In this document: positions 13,613 to 27,075 of the stretch, piece after piece
Layout of the letters: every line of letters starts with the position of its first letter
Numbering within the stretch: position 1 is the stretch's first letter
Source: Octopus vulgaris
Lineage: Eukaryota
Assembly: GCA_951406725.2 (NCBI GenBank)
Contig: OX597817.1
Span: forward strand, 144,150,001-144,214,000
Direction: 5' to 3'
DNA length: 64,000 nt
Made by a program: the position numbers and the translations under genes
The notes under the pieces: model-generated
Databases searched by the model: none
Seen by the model: the letters and a program-made list of their open reading frames with translations, nothing else
Told to the model about the DNA's origin: nothing

Positions 13613-14157
13613 AAAAAAAAACAACGAAGTAGAATACACTTTATAAAAAGCCAGCTCCCTCTAGAATTGAACACGAACCAAAACTCAGGGGACCATCTAG
13701 CAGTGACGGTCCGGGAAAGCTTACCTTATGGGAGGTCCAATTTCGTATAAAAGACCAAGAGTGATTTTTTTGGGACATCTCTTTTGAAAAAATAGGGGCC
13801 TCTTATAGGCCACCAGATATCGTTCTATAGAGACTGCGTAAACAATTTTCGCTGTGGAACCGAGAGTATAGTTGACTGGATCTAACTGGGATTTCACAAA
13901 TGTGTGTGCATGGGTGATTATAATTGATGCAATCTAATCAGTAATTAACATTAACAAATGGGGACGGAGTATAATGGATGGAATCAACTAAATTGATAAG
14001 AAGGTGGACTTGCTCTTCGTAGTTATTCAAACTGTTATAAATAGCAGCCAAATCTCCCTCAAGTCACGCCCTATCATCTGAAAATAGGACACTCGTGGTT
14101 GTAGCTTTGCTCATTCGGGACTAAAATAAGAGACTAAGGAACAACAGCAACAACAAT

Positions 14158-14213
<56 letters not shown>

Positions 14214-14256
14214 TACTACTACTACAACCACCACCACCACCACCACCACCACCACC

Positions 14257-14383
<127 letters not shown>

Positions 14384-14385
14384 AA

Positions 14386-14613
14386 TCGGTGAGCTGGCTG
14401 AAACGTTAACACGCCGGGCGAAATGCGTAGCCGTATTTCGTCTGTCGTTATGTTCTGTTCAAATTCCGCCGAGGTCGACTTTGCCTTTCATCCTTTCGGG
14501 GTCGATAAATAAAGTACCAGTTACGCACTGGGGTCGATGTAATCGACTCAATCCCTTTGTCTGTCCTTGTTTGTCCCCTCTATGTTTAGCTCCTTGTGAG
14601 CAATAAAGAAATA
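14386..14613 (+). mobile_element. SINE family B within (CTA)n/(TAG)n repeats
   Basis: Matches 7016. Confidence 0.8.
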
Positions 14614-15083
14614 TATTACTACTACTACTACAACTAGTAGTAGTAGTAGTTGTCGTCATCGTCGTCGTCGTTGTCGTAGTAGTAATAGTAATAGTAGTAG
14701 ATTTTCAAACTCAGAACATAGAGAAAACGAGGAGGAAAATAGTGAAAAAGTTATTCCAACCATCAATTGCTTTCTCGAAAACTGGACCGTCTTGCAATGT
14801 TTTTTTTTTATTACTTCAACCAAGTATTACGCATTTTTTAAAGAAAAAAAGCGAAATACAATGGTTAAATTTGGTCATTACGTTTGACCAGATACAGAAA
14901 TCTACGAACCCAGAGCATCGAGAGGAGAGGCTAGAAAAATATAATTCATTTTTAACGGTTGAGCTCGAAGTAGAAAAGGCTATAAATGATCGTCTATAAG
15001 TATTGGTAAAAAAATACCTTTGGATAGAAACATTCAATGGCTGCCAATGGGATTTCGAATTTAGGTTTTATTATTTATACCAA

Positions 15084-15475
15084 TCTCCATATATATAAAG
15101 CTGAAGTTGCCTGTGTATGGCAGGTTTGGTAGCCTTCAACTAATACTATTTCCTCCGAGACCCTGCGGCGCAAGTTGACCAAAATTGAGAGTATGATAGA
15201 AGAAGGCTTGCTTTTTCTTCCGTAGAAGAAAAAATTCAAATCGGACCATGTTAGCACCAAAAATTATTTACATCAAAAAGGTGCTTTTTTTCTATGAAAA
15301 TCCCTATTTTTAACGATTTTTTGACTGCTGTGTTGCCATTTTTTTGTGTATTTCAACCAGAAAAATGTTTACTTAAAGAGAATAACAAGCTACATAATGC
15401 AAAATGTTTACTTTTCAGAAATTCCTATTCTAAAGGGTCGAAACAAACCCGAGCAACACCGGGCGATACTGCTAG
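15084..15475 (+). mobile_element. Non-autonomous Helitron
   Basis: Starts TC after A, ends CTAG before T, has the subterminal hairpin CCCGAGCAACACCGGG and no TSD; four copies in the window. Confidence 0.8.
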
Positions 15476-16204
15476 TTTTATCTATAGTATTTCTACTTCG
15501 ATTTCAACAGTTAAAAGTGAAGTATTTCACGTTCTGTCGAAGTTTCTGAATTCTTATGACGTCAACAGCACTGGAAAAAATATTTCGCTCAACTCAACTG
15601 TTTTTGCGAACTCGTCCTCACATAAAAATTCCTAAATATCGATTACTTTGTTTATTTTATCGATGTCAGAGGAATGAAAAGTAAAGTCGGCTCATATTTG
15701 ATTGGATAACAGAAACATAACACCCTGCAGTTATCGTAAAAAACTAATCTGATGGTTCATCCTTTTACTTAAACACACCTTACTCTAAGTATTTGGAATA
15801 TTGATTTCTTTTTAACCAAAGCACATATCTCCTGCAATTTATAGAAGGCTAAAAAGAGGACTGTAATATTTACGTATTTCAAACACCCCCCGGTTGCTAC
15901 ACAGCAAAAAGTAAGCTCGGTCTATATGGGACTTCGATTTTCAGTTAATGCTAGTTCACTTTTCTCATAAAGATAGGGAAGTCAATTGAATTTTTTCCTT
16001 GAGAGATTATGCAGGCGTAGTCAGCCGCACAAATAAAATTCGGTACTTTCCTATTATCAACAGCCAGTTCTTTTATTTAGTAAAGAATTAGCAAATAAAC
16101 CGTTTGATAGGGGCAACAGTTGATCATCGAACTTTCGGAATAGCTATCACTCCTTCATGGAGAAAGAAAAGAGCAAGAAATTGCGTGGTTGTTAAATAGT
16201 TTTA

Positions 16205-16430
16205 AATCGTTAGCACCCCAGGCGAAATGCTTAGCGGTATTTCGTCTGCCGCTACGTTCTGAGTCCAAATTCTGCCGAGGTCGACTTTGCCTTTCATCCT
16301 TTCGGGGTCGATTAAATAAATACCAGTTACGCACTGGGGTCTATATAATCGACTTAATCCGTTTGTCTGTCCTTGTTTGTCCTCTCTGTGTTTAGCCCCT
16401 TGTGGGTAGTAAAGAAATAGGTATTTCGTC
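16205..16430 (+). mobile_element. SINE family B
   Basis: Matches 7016. Confidence 0.8.
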
Positions 16431-16443
16431 CGTTTTGTTTAAA

Positions 16444-16608
16444 GGCGCAGGAGTGGCTGTGTCGTAAGTAGCTTGCTTACCAACCACTTGGTTCCGGGTT
16501 CAGTCCCACTACGTGGCACTTTGGGCAAGTGTCTTCTACTATAGCCTCGGTCCGACCAAAGCCTTGTGAGTGGATTTGGTAGACGGAAACTGAAAGAAGC
16601 CCGTTGTA

Positions 16609-16672
<64 letters not shown>

Positions 16673-16855
16673 ATATATATTTGTGTGTATGTGTGTTTGT
16701 CCCCCCACCATCGCTTGACAACCGATGCTGGTATGTTTAAGTCCCCGTAACGTTCGGCGAAAGAGACCGATAGAATAAGTACTAGGCTTACAAAGAATAA
16801 GTCCTGGAGTCGATTTGCTCGACTAAATGCGGTGCTCCAGTATGGCCGCAGTCTG
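16444..16855 (+). mobile_element. SINE family A
   Basis: Matches 13222. Confidence 0.85.
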
Positions 16856-16877
16856 AAAAAAAAATCCTTTAGTAAAT

Positions 16878-18756
16878 TACTCTAAACAACAAAGAATTTG
16901 TTACAGAAGACCAAAGAGGTGTTCCTTGTTAATTTTGGTTGATTTCAAATCTATAATTAGATTTTCTTGTTTTACGTCTAGATTTTCTGTAAAATGCAAA
17001 TCACTTCGTAAAATTTCCTACTACGCCTACATTTTGGAATTAATCGCCTTAATGCCGGGAATATGAAACTTGCTTTTCAAGGTTAAAGCAATTTTTGTTT
17101 GCCAACTTTATACAAATTCTAACGATGTAGCATAGTGCTGGCCCAACGGTCAGTCGCTACGTGACAGACAAGTACAGCACTTATTGAAGCTCTCTGCTGG
17201 TAAGGAAGTAACAAGCTGTGGTAACTTGTGTTCTGTACTACGATGCGTATTTCATTTTATTTTGTACATCGTAATTGTTACTTTCTACGTTTTATTTTTT
17301 TCAGCTATTGTGTGGTAATTAAAATGCAATCAAACAGATGTGCTTCTGTAAATCACCCAGACAACTGCTATAACTGTGGACAATATACACCCACTAAGCC
17401 ACAACGTAGAAACATAATAACAAAAATTAAACTTGCCTACAAGTATTATTTTGTCTGTAAGTTACGAGAACTAGAGAGGAACTGGGCACCACGTATTTGC
17501 TGAATGGCAAAAAAAAATGCTATGCTGTTCTCAATCTCCATGGTTTAGTGTGAGCCGAAAATTCACTTCAGGGACTTATTTTTGTTTGACAGAGATTGCT
17601 GGTTTCACAAAGAAAAACAAATAAAAAGTCATAAACCCAAACTGCGAGTCAGCAATAAAACCAGTACCACAGGATGAAACAAATCCGTCATCAGTTCCAC
17701 CAGCAACAGCACCCTTTGGTCGTCTTGTTGTAGTCGAGGGCTCTTCATTGACGCCCGACACCACTGGGAGGTGGCCCTTGAAGTCGCTGGAAATGGAGAT
17801 CTCCAGGTCCAAATTCTTGACCGGCCCACAGTACAGGCTCTGTAAGATCGACCGAGCCATAGACAGAACCTGCAGAAAGTGCGGACTGGGAGAGGAGACG
17901 GCAGAGCATGTCATCTACGGCTGTCCACAGATCCATCGCCTGCCGCAAATGTCAACCACCCCAAGACATTCTGGCCAGTGACCCTCTCCTTGTCCTTCGG
18001 ATCTGGGGAAAGTGGACTTCCGCTCCCAACCTGCCGGATGCAGTGAAATCACCCTTACCCGCCTTGTTGCTTAACAACAACAACAACAACAGCAGATGGC
18101 AGTTCATCTGAAGATCCTGCTAGTAATATAGAAATAGGGAAAGATGGGTTACATGTTCCAGATGCAACTAGTTCCCCACAACTGTTAAGTCAGGCGGAGT
18201 TAAATGATTTAGTTCGCGAGTTGAAATTACCAAACGAAAAGGCAGTGTTACTTGGTTCAAGACTTCAAGAATGGGGTTTTCTCCGGCCAAATATTTCGTA
18301 TTTCAAAGTTTCGTATTTCTGTCATCGCTATTTACAGTTTTCATCATTTAACTTACAGCAGGAAAATGTTAGTTTCTGCCGTGATATCAGTGACTTGATG
18401 AAAAGGATTGACTTTTGCAATAATCCAAAAGAATGGAGACTGTTCATTGACTCTAATAAAGCTAGCCTTAAAACTGCATAACTGCACAGCAGCAATGAAA
18501 AACATTCACCTCTGTTCACTAATTATTTAAGTATGGTTGACATAAAACGTGGCATGGAAAAGTAGCTCAGAAGCAGGTGAGAAAAAAAGGCAAAAATAGA
18601 GCTTTCCGGTTACACAGAATCTGGACGTGATAGAGATATTTAGATATCAGATCTGAAATTAGCATCAGAAATATTGTAGGAATCAGTAGTTTACGTGTCT
18701 GTAACAAAAAAAAAAAAAAGAAAAGAAAAAAAAAGTCGAAATTTGTAGCCTAGTGT
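16878..18756 (+). mobile_element. Internally deleted DNA transposon relic, CMC/Chapaev3-like
   Basis: Broken transposase pieces: CVNHPD-like..CYNCGQY..IKLAYKYYF..WAPRIC; ELNDLVRELKL..AVLLGSRL; EWRLFIDSNKASLK. Right end AAATTTGTAGCCTAGTG. Superfamily assigned from memory of these motifs. Confidence 0.55.
17712..18090 (+). mobile_element. LINE 3' end (I/R1-type CCHC knuckle) nested in the transposase relic
   Basis: CRKCGLGEETAEHVIYGCP, (AAC)n tail, flanking CAACAGCA duplication. Confidence 0.7.
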
Positions 18757-18844
18757 TGCTAAAATAGGAAAGGCCTAAAATTCTTCTTTAGTGAAAAAGT
18801 TCCATCTTAGCAAATATACATTTGTGTTTAGTTTTATTAAATTA

Positions 18845-19236
18845 CTAGCAGTATCGCCCGGCGTTGCTCGAGTCTGTTTCGACCCGTTAGAATTGGAATT
18901 TTTGAAAAGTAAAAATTTTGCATTATGTAGCTTGTTATTCTCTTTAAGTGAACATTTTTCTGGTTGAAATACACCGAAAAATGGCGACACAGCAGTCAAA
19001 AAATCGTAAAAAATAGGGATTTTCATAGAAAGAAAGCACCTTTTTGATGTAAATAATTTTTGGTATTAACGTGGTCCGATTTGAATTTTATCTTCTAAGG
19101 AATGAAGAGCAAGCCTTCTTCTTTCATACTCTCAATTTTGGTCAACATGTGCCACAGGATCTCGGAGGAGATAGTGTTAGTTGAAGGCTACCAAACCTGC
19201 CATACACAGACAACTTCAGCTTTATATAGAGAGAGA
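18845..19236 (-). mobile_element. Non-autonomous Helitron
   Basis: Reverse-complement copy of 15084-15475. Confidence 0.8.
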
Positions 19237-19296
19237 TTTAATGTAGTTTGTGGAAGTTAGAATCGATCTTCACATCATAGTAATTTATCATATATA

Positions 19297-19469
19297 GACG
19301 CAGGAGTGGCTGTGTGGTGGTAAGTAGCTTGCTTACCAATGGCATGGTTCTGGATTCAGTTCTACTGCGTGGCATCTTGGGCAAGTGTCTTCTACTATAA
19401 CCTCGGGCCGACCAAAACCTTGTGAGTGGATTTGGTAGACAGAATCTAAGAGAAGCCCGTCGTATGTAT

Positions 19470-19516
<47 letters not shown>

Positions 19517-19519
19517 TAC

Positions 19520-19552
<33 letters not shown>

Positions 19553-19802
19553 TGTATGTATGTATGTATGTATGTATGTATGTATGTATATGTTTGTGTG
19601 TCTGTGTTTGTCCCCCCAACATTGCTTGACAACTGATGCTGGTGTGTTTACGTCCCCTTAACTTAGCGGTTCGGTAAAGGAGACCGATAGAATAAGTACT
19701 AGGCTTACAAAGAGTAAGTCCTGGGGTCGATTTGCTTGACTAAAGGCGGTGCTCCAGCATGGCCGCAGTCAAATGACTGAAACAAATAAAATAATAAAAG
19801 AG
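19297..19802 (+). mobile_element. SINE family A
   Basis: Full-length copy. Confidence 0.85.
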
Positions 19803-20551
19803 CAATATATATACAAACGCGAGGAACAGCAGCAGTTATAATATTTTGTCTCAGAGGAAATTGTTAAAGAGAGGCTTTTGTGTTAAAACACAGGACTTCG
19901 TTCAGAAAGTCGGTGGGTCTCTAGACTCGGAGTTTCAACATTACTTCGACTCTTCAGTGATAATACACTGGATGTTCGGATCTAAATAGAAAATGCTTGT
20001 TCAAATACGGAAATCAATAAACAAAACTGATTTGTGCAAAAGCTAGCCAGACAAGAATTAAATTAATATACACACGTCATATAGCCTTAGATTAAAATAC
20101 TTTTGAGAAATTTCTAAAATAAAATATTGCCGTCCCATGTTTATATACACACACCACAACTGTTATACAAACTGGTATTTAAATCTAAGGTTGCTTTAAG
20201 TATGTATGTCAATTTAAAGATTTTATGGTAGAAATTTTCTTGTAACTGTTCATTATTCTCCGCGAAAAATTTTAACGATTGTTTCGTCGAAAAACAGTGT
20301 CCAGTCCAGACTATAATTTATCTTATTGCATCTACAAAATCTCTTCAGAGGAAGAAATGTCCACTATAATAACAGGGTGGCTCACAAATATGTTCCGTGT
20401 TCAAAAGATGTTCAAACTGATAGGTGTAATATCAAGATACGAAGAAACAATTCCTGGGATTCAAAGTAATGCTGTGTTCTGCTTCAAGAAAACGGCGGAA
20501 GTGAAGATGTTCTTTGTAATCAATTATCTTTTATATCTTGCTTGCTTCATA

Positions 20552-20980
<429 letters not shown>

Positions 20981-21022
20981 TGATTCCAAGCATTGACCTG
21001 AATAATAATGATAATGATGATG

Positions 21023-21101
<79 letters not shown>

Positions 21102-21267
21102 TAATAATAACTAAATAAATGAATAATGATAATAAATTTTCCTTGCCAATATGTTGAAAAAATAGACGCTAAATCGTCTAACCACATAAAATATTTTCCC
21201 TTGTATTAATACACAACGTGCCGAAACGAGGAAAGCAAGCTAACAGAAAGCCACAAAAATATAGTTA

Positions 21268-21329
21268 TCCCCGAATCGGTTCCGATTTCTGGATTAATCC
21301 AAAAACGATTCTTCCTTCATCAGCGAGGA
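21268..21329 (-). ncRNA. Type I hammerhead-like motif
   Basis: TCCTCG CTGATGA A GGA...TCC A GAAA TCGG-AA-CCGA TT CGGGGA; extra A before GAAA. Confidence 0.6.
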
Positions 21330-21689
21330 ACACAAAACGAAAATAATTGAAATACTTAGACATACCCCAGCATACCCACTGGACGGAAAGCAGATGCACA
21401 GTCATGAATACATTTAAGTACCCCAAGAATATCCAAATCGAATATCCGTGGCAAGCCTCGGGACAAGTGTAGTCGGTCAGGAAACGCACACAAATGGTTA
21501 ACCAGTCCCGAAGTGAATGAGAATTAATTTATTTCGGCACGTGGTGTACTAAAACGATTTAGCGTTTATTTTTTCAGCATATTGGCAAAGAAATTTGTCT
21601 TCTTCTTGGTCTTATTTATAATTGTAAAATTTTCACCTGCTGGCCACTGATAATATTTTTTAATAAAACTTTATCCTTATATTAGAAGT

Positions 21690-22527
21690 ATGTATATATA
21701 CATAAATGCACACATACATACATTCACACACACACATACATACACACATACATACATACACACACATACATATACATACACACATACATACACACACACA
21801 TACCCACACACACACGCACGCACACATACACACACATACATACATGCATACATACACACACGTACACACACACATACATACATACATACACACACATACA
21901 TACACAGATACACACATACACACAAACATACATACACACAAACATACATACACACACATACATATACATACATACATACACAAATACACACATACATACA
22001 CACACACACATACACACATGCATATATGCATACACACATACATACATATACATACATATACACACACACACACACGCACATACACACATACACGCATGCA
22101 CACATACATACATATATACACATACATACACACACATATACATACACACATACACACACACTTACATACACACACATACACACACACACACATACACACA
22201 TACATACACACATACATACATAGACACATATATACATATATACATACACACACATACATATACATACATACATACAGACACACACATGCACACATACACG
22301 CATGCACACATACATACATACACACACACATACACACACGCGTACATATACATACATACATACACATACACACTTACACACATACACCCATCCATACATA
22401 CATACACACACATACATACACACTTACACACACACACAGACACATACACACACGCATACACACATACATACATATATACACACATACAAACACACATACA
22501 TAGATACATACATACACAAACATACAT

Positions 22528-22560
<33 letters not shown>

Positions 22561-23518
22561 CACGCACGCACACATACATACACACACATACATACACACA
22601 CACGTTCATACATACATACATACACTCAAACTTACACACATACACATACATACATACACACACATACATACATACATACGCACATACATACACACACATA
22701 TACATACATACACACACACATACACACACATATATATACATACATACAAACACACACACATGCACACATACACGCATGCACACATACATACATACACACA
22801 CACATACATACACTACATACATAAATACATACATACACAGACATACATAAACATACATATGTACACACACGCACATACACACATACACGCATGCAAAAAT
22901 ACATACATACACACATACGTACATACATACATATACACACACATACATACGTACGTACATACACACACACATACACACACACATACATACACACACACAC
23001 ATACACACATACACACACATACATACATACATACACACATACACACACACATACATACATACATACACACATATATATATACATACATACATACACATAC
23101 ACGCACATAAACACATACATACACACACATATAAACACACATATAAGCCCCTACATTGTACACACACGCGCACATATATACATACATTCACTCGCACGCA
23201 CGTACACACACACGCACACACATACACACAGTTACATATATATATATACTATACACTCACACACACATACACGCGTACAAACACACACAAACTCACATAC
23301 ACACCGACAGATATACATACACAATATACATCTATCCGAACACGCACACATACTCACAAACACATACAAACGCACACATACACGCACATACATACACTCT
23401 CACACAAATGAACCCACATATACATCCCCCTACACACACACACGCACGTACAAGCACACACGTACTAGGGTTACGCCACACACCCACACTCTACGCATAC
23501 ACACACGAACACACACAT

Positions 23519-23556
<38 letters not shown>

Positions 23557-23570
23557 CAAACAACACACAC
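21690..23570. repeat. ~1.9-kb degenerate (CA)/(CATA)n tract
   Basis: Direct reading. Confidence 0.95.
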
Positions 23571-23885
23571 ATATGATGTTTTTTGACCTGTCTTTGACCT
23601 AGCTTGACACAAACAGCTAGTAGTCATCACCACAGCTGGCTTTGTCATTACCTCTATTCAACAAAAAGTACACACACACACACACGCACGCACAAACACA
23701 CTTGTCATCTTGCACACACACACACACACACACAGGCATTCCCTTTTTTTGGAACTCTCTTGCATTATAAAACAATTTTTCAACTACCTCCAAATTCTGT
23801 TCTTTTCAACATGTGATCTCTTAAGCACCACCAGCTCAAATATTGTCTCCTCTGTCTTCCCTCCTTGGGATCTTTCCTTCTCCTT

Positions 23886-23920
23886 GTTTCCGACGAAGAG
23901 CTCCGCTCGAAACGTTAAAC
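23886..23920 (+). ncRNA. Minimal hammerhead-like motif (core variant) in short pLTR
   Basis: GTTT CCGACGA A GAGC-TCC-GCTC GAAA CG TT AAAC. Confidence 0.6.
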
Positions 23921-24020
23921 CATCCTTCCCTTCTTTCCTGAGCGTCAATAATACTTTAATTGTTCCACGTCCTGCGTTGCTGTGATTTTTCTCTTTTTTT
24001 CTGTGTTTTCTTGTTTGGAT

Positions 24021-24069
<49 letters not shown>

Positions 24070-24075
<6 letters not shown>

Positions 24076-24347
24076 ATCACGTGATCGACCAGACCATCAG
24101 ATGTTGTTACACATCGCTGGTCACAATGCGTTCGCATTGTTTTAGCCTTCGAATGACGCCACCCCGCTGGCTAAGCGAGCAGGCTAACAGAAGAAAGAGT
24201 ACAGCAGGGATCACCACCCCCTGCCGGAGCCTCGTGGAGCTTTTAGATGTTTTCGCTCAATAAACACTCACAACGCCCGGTCTGGGAATCGAAACCGCGA
24301 TCCTGCGACCGCGAGTCCGCTGCCCTAACCACTAGGCCATTGCGCCT

Positions 24348-24349
<2 letters not shown>
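24070..24349 (-). mobile_element. SINE family C head with a different 3' tail
   Basis: 24196-24349 matches the head of 1297-1685; the tail is unrelated. Confidence 0.7.
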
Positions 24350-24418
<69 letters not shown>

Positions 24419-24490
24419 AATGAATTTTTTATATATAATGAACGAGAAATACAGGAAGGGACGAACACGGAACACAGACAAATCATTCGA

Positions 24491-24569
24491 AGCCTTCAAT
24501 CTTCAGTCAGACACCGAATCATCATAGCAAATTTCGGCTGTTCAATTCTGATATTTGCTCCAACTCGGC
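24491..24569 (-). ncRNA. Non-circularly permuted hammerhead ribozyme candidate (family 1)
   Basis: Minus: AGCAAA TA TCAGA attgaac AGCC GAAA TTTGCT ... TCTGA CTGAAGA ttgaa GGCT; stems III, I and II are all perfectly complementary. Confidence 0.7.
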
Positions 24570-25188
24570 CAGCCCCAAGAAAAAAAACTAAGCTGTAAGC
24601 ATTAGATTTCTTGGTAGAAGACAGGAATGTGAACGCACAAGACGGATGTGAATACAAGAGACGAAAACGAAATTGAAAACAGTAAGGAAAAACAAAACAT
24701 ATATAACGGTGGTTGTCATACGACTTTAGACCAAATGAGACAAAACAACAACAACATAGCAGCTGGCGTAGAAATAATTACCGTTTCGGTAGCGGGGACA
24801 CATGTTGGTCGAGATACGAAGGCCAACAGAATGGTTGAAGAAGCAGCAGGTCGCAGGAGAGAGAGAAAGAGAGACAGAGAGAGAGGGAATCAAAGAGGGT
24901 GGAAGGCAGGGGACAGAATCAGTGACCAAGAGAGGAGAAAGAAGGGATTAAGGAGGATGGGAGGAAGAGAGGGGAAGAATCAGAGGGCGCCAAAAAGTTT
25001 GGTGAAGAAGCAATGGCGGGTAGTAAAAGACAGTGTGTATAGAAGTCGTGCAGGGTTTAAAATTGGACAAACAAACGGGGGGGGGGGGGTGCACATGACG
25101 CCGCAATAATATAAGAATGAATGTTTTTATATATAATGAACGAGAAATACAGGAAGGGACGAACACGGAACACAGACAAATCATTCGA

Positions 25189-25267
25189 AGCCTTCAATCT
25201 TCAGTCAGACACCGAATCATCATAGCAAATTTCGGCTGTTCAATTCTGATATTTGCTCCAACTCGGC
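25189..25267 (-). ncRNA. Second copy of permuted hammerhead (family 1)
   Basis: Identical to 24491-24569. Confidence 0.7.
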
Positions 25268-25387
25268 CAGCCCCAAGAAAAAAAACTAAGCTGTAAGCAT
25301 TAGATTTCTTGGTAGAAGACAGGAATGTGAACGCACAAGACGGATGTGAATACAAGAGACGAAAACGAAATTGAAAATATATATATG

Positions 25388-25517
<130 letters not shown>

Positions 25518-25540
25518 CATACATATATATATATACATAC

Positions 25541-25571
<31 letters not shown>

Positions 25572-25572
25572 C

Positions 25573-25602
<30 letters not shown>

Positions 25603-25604
<2 letters not shown>

Positions 25605-27075
25605 GTATATAAGGGACGACTTAGATATGCTCAATCACCTACCGAATACTATAAACAAAAACACCATACTGGTATCCTTCGATGTAGTCAACCTCTACTC
25701 CAATATCCCCCACAACCTAGGACTAGAGGCAATCCAATTCTGGCTAGAGAATCACGCCAACGAACTACCACACCGCATCAAAAAAGAATTTGTGATAGAA
25801 GGGGTTAAATTCATCCTGGAAAATAACTTCTTCGCCTTCAATGACAACTTCTACCGACAAAAATCGGGGACTGCGATGGGTACACGAATGGCCCCCTCCT
25901 TTGCCAACCTAGTCATAGGATACCTAGAGATCAGTCTGTATCGTAAGGTTCTAGAAAGATATGGCAGCCCTTTCTTCATCTACATAGAAAACAACTGGAA
26001 GAGATATCTAGATGACTGTTTCATCCTTTGGCATAAAAATATAGAAAAACTCATAGAATTCCAGAAAATTTTAAACGGACTGGACGTAAACATCCAATTC
26101 ACGATGGAATATAGCCAACAACAACTCCCCTTCCTCGATATCCTCATTAAGAAAGCTAATAATATAATAGAAACAGACATATACTATAAGCCTACAGACT
26201 CTAAGCAATATCTTCCATTCAATTCATGCCACCCCAGACACACCAGGATGAATATCCCCTTCAATCTAGCAAAAAGGATATGCACTATAGTCTCTAACGC
26301 AAACACCAGAGACACACGACTACAAGAACTAAAAGATACCCTAATCACCAGGAACTATCCACCTTCACTTATTGACAAGTGCATTCAACGTGCCCTTCAA
26401 CTTAACATCAAGGAACTGAGACATCCCAAATCAAAGAAAAACTTACAACCAAAAGCCTTACCATACATCTCCACACACAACCCTCTCAATAACGAAGCCT
26501 TCGACACCATCCTCCACAACATACCCCTCCTAAAAAAAGACCACAGAATGAACACAATCCTCCAAACACACACGATCATAAAAAGCAAAAGACAGCCTAG
26601 ATCCATGAAAAGTCTCCTTACACAAGCCCGAATTCACTCTTCAACACAGAAACCGACAGTAAAAAAATGTGGAAGACCCAATTGCGGGATATGCGACTAT
26701 CTAATCGAGGGTTCTGAGTTCTCCTTCAAACAGGGACAACGGTTTACAGTGAAAAGCAACTTCACATGTGCTTCGGAGAACCTAATATACTCACTAACCT
26801 GCTCCGGGTGTCAAGAGCAGTACATAGGCCAAACAAAAAATGGTTTGCGTAAACGAATGGCCCTGCACAGATCCCAGATAAAAATTCCCCAAAACAGAAA
26901 AATATCTTTTAGCCAACACATAGATACTTGCGCCAACAAAAAAACACCAAACTTCAGAATTTTCCCCCTCTACCAATTTAGGGACGATACAACCTCGAGA
27001 CAAAGAATAAGTAAAGAAAATCTCTTTATTACAAAATACAAGCCACTTCTTAACGGGTCTACGACAAACAATTAA
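25603..27075 (+). CDS. Penelope-like element polyprotein, 5'-truncated: reverse transcriptase + Cys linker + GIY-YIG endonuclease (Neptune-like)
   Basis: [57 protein letters not shown]; CGRPNCGIC; [25 protein letters not shown]. No stops over 490 codons. The poly-YI N-terminus in the ORF track is microsatellite. Confidence 0.93.

Larger units (their letters stand above)
24413..25377 (-). mobile_element. Partial-tandem pLTR-like non-coding element inserted in (TA)n
   Basis: Near-identical ~267-bp direct repeats at 24413-24679 and 25110-25377, each with a rearranged hammerhead; (TA)n on both sides. Confidence 0.7.
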
